From: a virus
Virus record (IMG/VR): IMGVR_UViG_3300036791_001436
Span: 11,340 to 75,339 of that record
Length of the DNA stretch: 64,000 nt
Direction: 5' to 3' (one strand)
The notes under the pieces are model-generated. The model had not been told where the DNA came from. It worked only from the letters and a program-made list of their open reading frames with translations, and did no database searches. Shown piece by piece: positions 57,102 through 64,000 of this stretch. Numbering within the stretch: position 1 is the first letter of the stretch; every line of letters starts with the position of its first letter. Both the position numbers and the translations under genes were made by a program.

Positions 57102-57479
57102 ATGAAGGTCTGGGTCATTATGGGGAACGATTTCCCCGTGTCCGTTTGGGCCACTAAAGAAGAGGCCGACGCGGAAGAAGGTGTGCTGCGCGTAGCAGAC
57201 ATGGAGAGAGTACGGCGCCAGAGCCCTCGAGGTGTCGGCATCTACTATCGGTCGATGGAGTTCGAGCTGGAAGGGGCAAAGCCTCATTGGCGCTCGCTTC
57301 CGGACGACGAGCAACAGTGGCTGATCACGTGCGAGACCCAATGTATCCACGAGGATCCTGGCTCATACGCCGAGGTTGCGTGTGACGACAACTACGCCAC
57401 CAAGGAAGAATGCGACAACGCACTGATCGACTATCGGGACGAGCGTGAAAACGCAGTTCCCCCGGATCCAATCAGATAG
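57102..57479 (+). CDS. Hypothetical early protein
   Basis: AAGGAGG RBS. Confidence 0.6.
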   Translation: MKVWVIMGNDFPVSVWATKEEADAEEGVLRVADMERVRRQSPRGVGIYYRSMEFELEGAKPHWRSLPDDEQQWLITCETQCIHEDPGSYAEVACDDNYATKEECDNALIDYRDERENAVPPDPIR

Positions 57480-57486
57480 GAGCGGC

Positions 57487-57612
57487 ATGAAACCGCAGAG
57501 CCCACCACCACCACCACCACCGCGCCCGACACCATCGTCGACGCGTACCCAAGTGTCCATCCGAGCCGAAGCAGCGCAACGTGCGCAACGGCGTATGTGG
57601 GGAGAACAGTAG
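57487..57612 (+). CDS. 41-aa poly-Pro peptide (not in ORF track)
   Basis: AGGAG RBS; (CCA)6CCG encodes P7. Confidence 0.4.
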   Translation: MKPQSPPPPPPPRPTPSSTRTQVSIRAEAAQRAQRRMWGEQ

Positions 57613-57616
57613 AGTC

Positions 57617-57946
57617 ATGCCAGAGTCCAACGTGATCGCGATCACGGACGAACAGATCAAGAGAGGGGCGCGACTTTGTATCGTGGCGCCGATCAAACCA
57701 GACGGAGTCGACTGGTCCTCGGCTCACATGGACAACTGGGAGGATCTGACCCCCGCCATGCAGGAGTTGATCGAGTACCTGTGCGAGACTGAGATCACCT
57801 CCGATGTGTCAGTGAGCCTCGCGATCCGGGTGATCCAGCTCATGAGCGACGCCGACTACAACGGCCTCCTGGATGAGCTCGTGCAGTGGCGAGCGCAGTG
57901 CGCCGAAGAGAACGCTGCCGATGATGGCAGCTACGACGAGAGCTGA
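57617..57946 (+). CDS. Hypothetical acidic protein
   Basis: ORF with GGAG RBS. Confidence 0.55.
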   Translation: MPESNVIAITDEQIKRGARLCIVAPIKPDGVDWSSAHMDNWEDLTPAMQELIEYLCETEITSDVSVSLAIRVIQLMSDADYNGLLDELVQWRAQCAEENAADDGSYDES

Positions 57947-57956
57947 GGAGGTTAGG

Positions 57957-58169
57957 GTGCCTAGCATCGAGAACCATCCAGAATCTACCATCATCGCCGA
58001 CGTTAAGCGGGCGCTGAAGTCGGTGCCTGACGATGTTGTGGCCTCAAGGCTGATCGAGTACTTGGAGGAGTCCGAGCACTCGGGTTGGGAAGGATTCACC
58101 GGGCGAGACTTGTTCGGGATCCGCAGTTTCTGGGTAGACTTCTGTCTATTCATGGAGAACTACAACTAG
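57957..58169 (+). CDS. Hypothetical protein
   Basis: GAGGAGG RBS before GTG. Confidence 0.55.
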   Translation: MPSIENHPESTIIADVKRALKSVPDDVVASRLIEYLEESEHSGWEGFTGRDLFGIRSFWVDFCLFMENYN

Positions 58170-58196
58170 GTTGTAGTCTAGGAGAGGGATAGGAAT

Positions 58197-58514
58197 ATGG
58201 GTATGGCACAGATCAAGACGGCCGATCAGGTAAAGGCCTCCATTAGTGCACACCAGGCCAAGATGTCGGCGGAGAAACGGGAGTTTCGTCGCGCGCAGAT
58301 GGAACTGGAGAAATACCAGGACCTTCGCGACGATGTGATGTCCCTAGTCAAGAACTCGCAGATGTCGTACGAGGACATTCATGCGCGCTGCGGTCCTTGC
58401 CCAGCCACACTGGAGAACTGGGCACAGAAGAAGGTCGACCAGCCTAGGTTAGGGAAGCTGCGGGCGACGCTCCTGATTCTGGGCTTTGACTTTGGGATTA
58501 TACCCAAGGGTTAA
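58197..58514 (+). CDS. XRE-like HTH protein
   Basis: MSYEDI..RCG....TL.NW......PR...L...L..LG. Confidence 0.6.
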   Translation: MGMAQIKTADQVKASISAHQAKMSAEKREFRRAQMELEKYQDLRDDVMSLVKNSQMSYEDIHARCGPCPATLENWAQKKVDQPRLGKLRATLLILGFDFGIIPKG

Positions 58515-58584
58515 CTTTTTGGGGCGTCAGAGTGAGGGCGTCGCTATAGGTCTGAGTATTTTAGAACCGGTTTCATTTTGACTC

Positions 58585-58614
58585 TTGAGTGTCCCCATGG
58601 ACTTGCGATATAAT
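58585..58614 (+). promoter_or_regulatory. Early promoter (18-bp spacer class)
   Basis: GACTC-TTGAGT-N18-TATAAT-AGTTATATTGGAAG. Confidence 0.8.
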
Positions 58615-58647
58615 AGTTATATTGGAAGTTGACAGAGGGAACTTGGT

Positions 58648-58917
58648 ATGGACAACGAACGTTACCAGAACTTCTCCATCGAACTGGATTGTCCTCCAGG
58701 CGGCATCAGACCGAAGGATCTGATCGAAGGAGTCCTGAAGGGCACAGGGATCAAGGTGTCCGACTTTGAAACGGGGAACCCATTCTTCGGACATCAAACC
58801 TGGGTCTTGAAGAAGTCGGCCATGATGGACTTCACCTTCAGAGAGTCCAAGCCGCTGTTCAAGGAGCGGATCGAGGCGCTGTATCATTCGGGGTCCATTC
58901 GCTACGGCACTTGGTAG
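58648..58917 (+). CDS. Hypothetical protein
   Basis: GAGG RBS. Confidence 0.6.
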   Translation: MDNERYQNFSIELDCPPGGIRPKDLIEGVLKGTGIKVSDFETGNPFFGHQTWVLKKSAMMDFTFRESKPLFKERIEALYHSGSIRYGTW

Positions 58918-58927
58918 GAGGTTAGGG

Positions 58928-59143
58928 GTGGGCTACAGTACTAATGGGGTTCGTCTTTCCGATTCGTCACCGGCGATCTGTGGCGAATGCGGAAGCGACA
59001 ACGTGGTGCGCGACGCATTCGCGCGGTGGGAGCCAAGCAGCCAGTCGTGGGAGATCGCCGTCCTGATTGACGACGCCGGTTTCTGCCACGACTGCGATTG
59101 CGAGGTCGATCTGTTTGAACGTCCTGAGGGAAAGGGAAACTAG
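58928..59143 (+). CDS. Small Zn-ribbon protein
   Basis: C..CGS.NV..DA...W...Q.WE...C.DC. Confidence 0.6.
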   Translation: MGYSTNGVRLSDSSPAICGECGSDNVVRDAFARWEPSSQSWEIAVLIDDAGFCHDCDCEVDLFERPEGKGN

Positions 59144-59145
59144 GT

Positions 59146-59376
59146 ATGGTTACATTCAAGGTGTCGGAGCGAGAGGCTCACATGCTCATCGCCGCCATGG
59201 GGGCTGTAGCCCCTTCAGGTGGCGGCTCCGGCGAGTACACGCTGTGCCGGAAGCTGATGAGCCAGTACATCGCACAGAACACTAGCGGTCTTATCAGTGG
59301 CGAGATGATCGAGCGCATGACGCTCCGCTACTGTGCGCAGATCATCACTGATGCCAGAGAAGCGGGAGTTCTGTAA
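59146..59376 (+). CDS. Hypothetical protein
   Basis: Operon-packed ORF. Confidence 0.5.
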   Translation: MVTFKVSEREAHMLIAAMGAVAPSGGGSGEYTLCRKLMSQYIAQNTSGLISGEMIERMTLRYCAQIITDAREAGVL

Positions 59377-59777
59377 TGGACGCTGGTGAGGACTTCGGGT
59401 TCAATCGCGGGAAGACATACGCTCAGATCGTTGTAGAGGCGCTCGAGAAGGGGCTGATCGAGAACTCGGCCCAAGAGAGCGGGTTCGAACCCTTCTGGAT
59501 CCACGTTCGTGACATCGAGGCGGCCATATTGCCGCTCTTGTGGCCGATAGCAGTAGCCGTAGGCTACGACGCCGCCGCGAAGATGCGAAGTCGGAAGCTG
59601 CAGAGCGAGGCGGAACGGATCATCGAGGATGCGTCGTATCGGATCTGGGCGATGGTCGTTGACGACAGTATCGGGCCAGAGATGTACGAGCTGAATCCGG
59701 ACAATTACCTCGACATGCACTGTGGCGTTGCTCGGGTAGATTGGCGGGAGCAGCTTCTGCGTCATGTCGGTCTTTGA
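59376..59777 (+). CDS. Hypothetical protein
   Basis: TAATG coupling. Confidence 0.55.
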   Translation: MDAGEDFGFNRGKTYAQIVVEALEKGLIENSAQESGFEPFWIHVRDIEAAILPLLWPIAVAVGYDAAAKMRSRKLQSEAERIIEDASYRIWAMVVDDSIGPEMYELNPDNYLDMHCGVARVDWREQLLRHVGL

Positions 59778-60147
59778 TAGTGTCGACGGCGACTGGCTAC
59801 TAGTCCACGACCTTTGGAAACGGAAAGGGAGGAAATTGCTTAGGTTCACCATGGTGCACCCCCAGGCTACGACTGCGATGCTCGGGTATATACCAACCTT
59901 CTTGTCGGAGTCCGACCCTAGGTCAGCCAGGGAGCAACTCAACGCCAACTATGCCCACGGCGGCGGCTACGATCCATTCCCGGGCTTCAAGATGCTGCCG
60001 GATCTCAACCTGCAGTATCCTGGTGATCCCCCAACACGGCTGTTAGCGTTCGCAGAGTTGCGGGACGAACGGATCCTGATGTACGAGCACTCGTGGGTCG
60101 CGATCGTGCAGAAGGATGGCTCCTGGGTTGTGAGCCGAATGGATTAA
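59764..60147 (+). CDS. Hypothetical phage protein (YPGDPP...WVAI...RMD type; start uncertain)
   Basis: ORF track; motif pattern. Confidence 0.55.
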   Translation: MSVFDSVDGDWLLVHDLWKRKGRKLLRFTMVHPQATTAMLGYIPTFLSESDPRSAREQLNANYAHGGGYDPFPGFKMLPDLNLQYPGDPPTRLLAFAELRDERILMYEHSWVAIVQKDGSWVVSRMD

Positions 60148-60210
60148 CGGGCACTCTGCAACGCTCCGCGGCCCCCGGTAAAATCTTTGGGACTAGGCCT
60201 CTTTTGCCCA

Positions 60211-60240
60211 TTGATTTTGTCCTTAGACCTAAGATATAAT
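60211..60240 (+). promoter_or_regulatory. Early promoter (18-bp spacer class)
   Basis: TTGATT-TTGTCCT..-TATAAT-AGTTATATTGGAAG. Confidence 0.8.
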
Positions 60241-60271
60241 AGTTATATTGGAAGAGACAAGAGGAACATCT

Positions 60272-60523
60272 ATGGCAGACTATTCTTTAACACCGTTCTA
60301 CGACGTGATCGAAGAGCTGGGCGAAGCGCTCGAGGCCGCTATACAAGGCATCTGTGTCGTACCACCAGAGCACCTTGGCGTGGCGATCTTCAAGCTGTTC
60401 GCCGACGTCAGAACGTTCGACAAGCTCGGCTGGACGCCCGAAGAGATGAAGGTCGTAGCAGCGTTCATCGAACGTGTCTACGCCATCTCGGACAATATGC
60501 GCGGCATCGATCGTAACAGCTAG
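60272..60523 (+). CDS. Hypothetical protein
   Basis: GAGGA RBS. Confidence 0.6.
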   Translation: MADYSLTPFYDVIEELGEALEAAIQGICVVPPEHLGVAIFKLFADVRTFDKLGWTPEEMKVVAAFIERVYAISDNMRGIDRNS

Positions 60524-60535
60524 GAGCGACAGAGC

Positions 60536-60706
60536 ATGAAAGCACAGATCCAAGCACAGATCGGCCGACTGGAGAAGTTGAAGGAATCGGCCGAGGAAAA
60601 GGCGGACAGCGACAATGACGCTACCGCAGAACGCTACGAGCAGGTGATTGCGGGTCTCGAAGAGGCCATCAACGTGCTCGAAGAACTGACGCAGCTCTGG
60701 GATTAG
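60536..60706 (+). CDS. 56-aa coiled-coil acidic protein (not in ORF track)
   Basis: AGGAG RBS; MKAQIQAQIGRLEKLKESAEEK...TQLWD. Confidence 0.55.
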   Translation: MKAQIQAQIGRLEKLKESAEEKADSDNDATAERYEQVIAGLEEAINVLEELTQLWD

Positions 60707-60716
60707 GAGATCGGGC

Positions 60717-60932
60717 ATGAAAGCCTATATCGTGCAAATCGCGGTCGAGTGTCCGCACAACGCCATTACCAAGGAAGAGATCCACAACGCGCTCTGTCAG
60801 TGGATCCATGAAGGGGATGACGCGCCGCTGATCAACATGGCGGCCGAGATCGTTGACATCTCGTACCCCGCAGATGTCGAGTACCACGAAGAGTCCTACT
60901 TCGACCCCACCACCGGCGCACTGAAGGAATAA
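60717..60932 (+). CDS. Hypothetical acidic protein
   Basis: AGGAG RBS. Confidence 0.55.
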   Translation: MKAYIVQIAVECPHNAITKEEIHNALCQWIHEGDDAPLINMAAEIVDISYPADVEYHEESYFDPTTGALKE

Positions 60933-60933
60933 C

Positions 60934-61146
60934 ATGGCCAAGGACAAGAAGCCTAAGGCTCCCAAGTGGGACAAACTCGGTTCAATCCCAGCAGCACTGA
61001 GCATAACTGCAAGGTATGAGCTGCTGGGGCATCTGGTCAAGTTTTTGGTCGAGGAACCAGAGGATCCTACAGATCCGATCTACACCCGTACGCGCAAGGA
61101 CGTTCTGGAGCTTGCGCAGATCATCCAAGGCTGGGACATAGCGTAG
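60934..61146 (+). CDS. Hypothetical protein
   Basis: AAGGA RBS. Confidence 0.55.
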   Translation: MAKDKKPKAPKWDKLGSIPAALSITARYELLGHLVKFLVEEPEDPTDPIYTRTRKDVLELAQIIQGWDIA

Positions 61147-61157
61147 GAGCAGAGAAC

Positions 61158-61415
61158 ATGCCTGACTATGAAGACGATTGGGACGACGAAGACGAAGACT
61201 ACATCGACGAGGACGAGCTCGACTTCGACGGGTCGCGGCTCGAGTTCGCGCGCCCAGGGGAGAATTCCGCGCTGAGAGCGGCTACGGCTGACAATCCCAG
61301 AATCTTCCCGTGTCCAACCTGTGAGCGCGAGAATAGGCTCACACGCAAAGACGTGCAGTTGGGCTACCAGTGCGATTCCTGCGCAGATGCCGCAGAGAGA
61401 GGTTGGGACTACTGA
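61158..61415 (+). CDS. Acidic Zn-ribbon protein
   Basis: D/E-rich N-terminus, CPTC...YQCDSC. Confidence 0.6.
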   Translation: MPDYEDDWDDEDEDYIDEDELDFDGSRLEFARPGENSALRAATADNPRIFPCPTCERENRLTRKDVQLGYQCDSCADAAERGWDY

Positions 61416-61696
61416 TGCCCAAGACCAAGAAGGTCAAGTTCGAATGTGACGGTTGCGGCCGTCAGGAGGAGTTCGACCCGGAGGTCTTTCACCTCCCAGA
61501 GATCGATTCGGTAGAGGAGCTGCGCGCTTATGTCCGCGCCCATCCGATGCCGATGTGCGATTGTGACGACTTCTGGGGCTGGATGGAAGTGGGTAGTCCT
61601 TCGTGGCACCGCTACCATGACGAAGGCATTCGTCCGATGCATGAATTGGCAGAGACTATCGTCGCCGAGTACAAGAAGCGCATCGAGCGGAACTAG
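61415..61696 (+). CDS. Cys-containing hypothetical protein
   Basis: TGATG coupling; CDGCG...CDC. Confidence 0.55.
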   Translation: MPKTKKVKFECDGCGRQEEFDPEVFHLPEIDSVEELRAYVRAHPMPMCDCDDFWGWMEVGSPSWHRYHDEGIRPMHELAETIVAEYKKRIERN

Positions 61697-61775
61697 CGGC
61701 GCTAACGGCTAACTGGGCCTTCCCTCTGGCGCCAGGAGGGGCTAAAATTTTTTCGGACCGGTTGCATTTTGACTC

Positions 61776-61805
61776 TTGATTTTGTCCTACGACCTAATAT
61801 ATAAT
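61776..61805 (+). promoter_or_regulatory. Early promoter (18-bp spacer class)
   Basis: GACTC-TTGATT-TTGTCCT..-TATAAT-AGTTATATTGGAAG. Confidence 0.8.
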
Positions 61806-61819
61806 AGTTATATTGGAAG

Positions 61820-61984
61820 ATGACAGTGGAGCAGAGAGTGTTCAAGTACCAAGCAATTGTCTACGGCGTGATCTTCGAGGCTGATACAGTCCAAGGGGTT
61901 CACAAGGCGATCGAGTGGTACGAGGACGCATTCCGAGCCGACAAACGTCTCCAATCCTACGTGATCAAAACAGTCAAGGACTAA
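61820..61984 (+). CDS. ~54-aa hypothetical protein (not in ORF track; start uncertain)
   Basis: Fills the gap between promoter and next gene. Confidence 0.45.
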   Translation: MTVEQRVFKYQAIVYGVIFEADTVQGVHKAIEWYEDAFRADKRLQSYVIKTVKD

Positions 61985-61990
61985 GGACAA

Positions 61991-62251
61991 ATGACGCAAC
62001 CCATCATCTGGAACCAGCGCCTCGCGGACGCATGTCGCGCTGTGGCAAACGATCCTGCCGAGGTCGAGTATCGCAACATGGCCGATGTTCGTTCCAGAGC
62101 AGCGGAGTTCGTGCGACACCAACGAGTTGGGTCGCAGATGACGGCGATGAACGTCGAGTACTTCATCAGCCTCTACCAGCGCCTCGAGACCTCTGAAAAG
62201 TACGGTCTCGACTCGCACCGGGAATTGACCGCCGCCTGGATCGCAGCCTAA
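61991..62251 (+). CDS. Hypothetical protein
   Basis: AAGGA RBS. Confidence 0.55.
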   Translation: MTQPIIWNQRLADACRAVANDPAEVEYRNMADVRSRAAEFVRHQRVGSQMTAMNVEYFISLYQRLETSEKYGLDSHRELTAAWIAA

Positions 62252-62255
62252 GGAG

Positions 62256-62534
62256 ATGGCATTGAGACTAGACGAATCGGCTTTTGACAGCCGCGACGAG
62301 CACACAACCGAGCTGGTTCTAGAGGGCCTCTCGGTTCCGCAGTGTTTGAACCTGGAGAGGGTTGAGATCGATCCCTTCCTTGTCTTTCTGAACATGATCG
62401 ACAATTGCTTTCCTGGTCCCGATGTCGAGAACGTCGATGAGCAGACCTTGGTGAGCCTCCAACATCTCTACTCGGTCCAGAAGCGGATCCGCGCAGTGCT
62501 GGATCTGTATCCCACGTTTGTACCAGCTGGTTAG
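62256..62534 (+). CDS. Hypothetical acidic protein
   Basis: Operon-packed ORF. Confidence 0.5.
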   Translation: MALRLDESAFDSRDEHTTELVLEGLSVPQCLNLERVEIDPFLVFLNMIDNCFPGPDVENVDEQTLVSLQHLYSVQKRIRAVLDLYPTFVPAG

Positions 62535-62548
62535 GAGCTACTAGAGAT

Positions 62549-62725
62549 ATGTCGTGGTTGGCCGCTGGCGCGCTTATGGGCTGCGCCGTCCTGTACTTTC
62601 TGCCCACGTTCGTGTCTGGGTTGAGGGGGAGACCGAATACACCAGCTTTGTTAGTAGTCAATCTGTTCTTGGGCTGGACGCTACTGGGCTGGGTCCTCTG
62701 TCTCGCCTGGGCGCTTCTAGTCTAG
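62549..62725 (+). CDS. Superinfection immunity protein (T4 Imm-like), 58 aa, not in ORF track
   Basis: MSWLAAGALMGCAVLYFLPTFVSGLRGRPNTPALLVVNLFLGWTLLGWVLCLAWALLV; YFLP...NLFLGWT..GW....WA signature. Confidence 0.85.
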   Translation: MSWLAAGALMGCAVLYFLPTFVSGLRGRPNTPALLVVNLFLGWTLLGWVLCLAWALLV

Positions 62726-63024
62726 GTCAGATTTTGGGTTAGGCGCCTGGGCTCAATACTGAGCTGGGCGTCTATTTGGTCAATGTGCCCCGGAGGTGGG
62801 GATCAGGTTTGTCAAAAAAATTTTGGTAGGAATAGGAACAGGCCTGCATGGTCCTTCCGTCCAGACTAGTCCACGCAAACCGTGCTAAATTGACGGGGAG
62901 GTGTGGGAAACGCTCGGCCTGGTCCAAAATCCGTCGGCAGCGTTAAATTTGACATGGCATAAGCACGGTCCACTCACGTCATTGCCAGGGCGGTAGAATT
63001 TTATGGTCGGTCCCATTTTGACTC

Positions 63025-63054
63025 TTGCTTTTGTCCTTGGACGTAATATATAAT
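63025..63054 (+). promoter_or_regulatory. Early promoter (18-bp spacer class)
   Basis: GACTC-TTGCTT-TTGTCCT..-TATAAT-AGTTATATTGAAG. Confidence 0.8.
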
Positions 63055-63087
63055 AGTTATATTGAAGCAAGTCGTAGGAGCGACAAA

Positions 63088-63372
63088 ATGAAACTAGTCG
63101 AGCTGCTCACTGATCTGATCGAGAACGGCGGACTCGAAGATGTCGAGGTCCAACGAGTCGAGTTCGATCCGGAACAGAGCATCGTCGTGGAGGGCGAAAA
63201 GCCTGAGCCGACGTACACGGTCTACTTCGAGTCCATGACCAACGGCGAGGTTCTGGGCGCGACCATCGAAGTGTCCGCTGAACTGTTCGCCAAGTTGCAA
63301 CCTGAACTGAAGTATCCGGAGCCGATCGCTTCGAATACCAAGCAGCGCGAGCAGGACGAGGAGCTGCACTAG
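63088..63372 (+). CDS. Highly acidic hypothetical protein
   Basis: AGGAG RBS; single-gene unit. Confidence 0.6.
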   Translation: MKLVELLTDLIENGGLEDVEVQRVEFDPEQSIVVEGEKPEPTYTVYFESMTNGEVLGATIEVSAELFAKLQPELKYPEPIASNTKQREQDEELH

Positions 63373-63819
63373 CGGCTCAATCAGCGTCTAGGCGGTCTAG
63401 AGCGGCCGCCTAGCGACTGAGAAATTTGGGCGACTGAGATGACCCGCGCATTTGCGTGTGTCTAGGCCGCCCAATTCTGGGCTGAACCTGGGGACTAGTT
63501 AATTGGTCGCCGGGCAGGCGCAGCCTGGTCCTGACTGGACTAGTCGCCCGGTCCGCCCGCCGTGACCGGTCCCGCTAGCGTGACTAGGCCGAATGGAGCG
63601 CCTGGTCCCGGACCTGCCCCCCCCCCGGTTATAGACCGCCTGGTCCGCGCCGACTGGTCCGCCCAGACCGGGCCTAAAGGCTCTGTTGCCCTGACTGGTC
63701 CGGGCGCACGGGCCCGCTTTAGGCAGGTGGGGGCCGTTCCGGGCTGCTTAGGCAGACCGTACCGGCGGCGTATCTGGGCGGCGGACTAGCCCCTTGCGGG
63801 GCTAGGCGCGGCGGTCTAG
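63369..63819. repeat. Non-coding GC-rich tract with clustered CTAG and (C/T)GGTCC motifs and a C10 run
   Basis: 12 CTAG and 7 GGTCC counted by eye in ~450 bp; C10 at 63617-63626. Confidence 0.6.
63786..63805 (-). terminator. Stem-loop after minus-strand small ORF
   Basis: CTAGCCCC-TTGC-GGGGCTAG perfect stem (GCAA loop on minus strand). Confidence 0.5.
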
Positions 63820-63944
63820 AAGGCCCAGCACCTGGCGAAGACCTTGGTCGCGTAGATACGGCGCTTGGTCACCAGGAGCAGACCGCGCTCGTCCCAGACG
63901 AACTGGGTACGGTAGCACGGATTCGGGCGGATCAGGATGTTCAT
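63816..63944 (-). CDS. 42-aa hypothetical peptide (not in ORF track)
   Basis: MNILIRPNPCYRTQFVWDERGLLLVTKRRIYATKVFARCWAF; followed by hairpin. Confidence 0.4.
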   Translation of the reverse strand: MNILIRPNPCYRTQFVWDERGLLLVTKRRIYATKVFARCWAF

Positions 63945-64000
63945 GATTGATCTTTCTATACTTGAACTATAGTAGAAGAGTAGAGAGATCTTTCGATCTC

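Noticed and set aside
62600-62720. Apparent CTGGG repeat array
   Set aside because: Explained by Leu-Gly/Trp codons of the Imm-like ORF
1-64000. Genome-wide stop-codon reassignment
   Set aside because: TAG, TGA and TAA all terminate full-length conserved genes; only one in-frame split (20552) was noticed

Overview
The window is a 64-kb, GC-rich segment of a long-tailed (siphovirus-type) dsDNA phage. The host is probably alphaproteobacterial; that is an inference from the tail-tip gene style and promoter motifs. Positions 1-22.5 kb (+) carry virion genes: a 5'-truncated giant repeat protein, DUF2213 protease/scaffold, decoration protein, HK97/encapsulin-like capsid, neck, tail tube, chaperones, tape measure, tail tip and fibre. 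Positions 22.6-52.4 kb (-) carry DNA metabolism. This includes a full preQ0 pathway (folE, queD, queE, queC) and a divergent TGT/DpdA-like TIM barrel, in one block with a purine phosphoribosyltransferase, a DUF3310 protein, class II RNR and a UDG-fused PolA. It also carries SSB, Sak4-like ATPase, Cas4-like exonuclease, SNF2 helicase, ThyX, ligase, DJ-1/PfpI, HNH, RuvC-like resolvase, a secreted low-complexity protein cassette and a primase-helicase. Positions 52.4-64 kb (mostly +) hold small early genes (MazG-like, HTH paralogs, an Imm-like protein missed by the ORF track) and a long inverted-repeat element. Seventeen related sigma70-like promoters are visible across the window. I saw no integrase, tRNA, CRISPR array, terminase, portal or endolysin. 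All family assignments come from motif recognition by eye; no database search was run.
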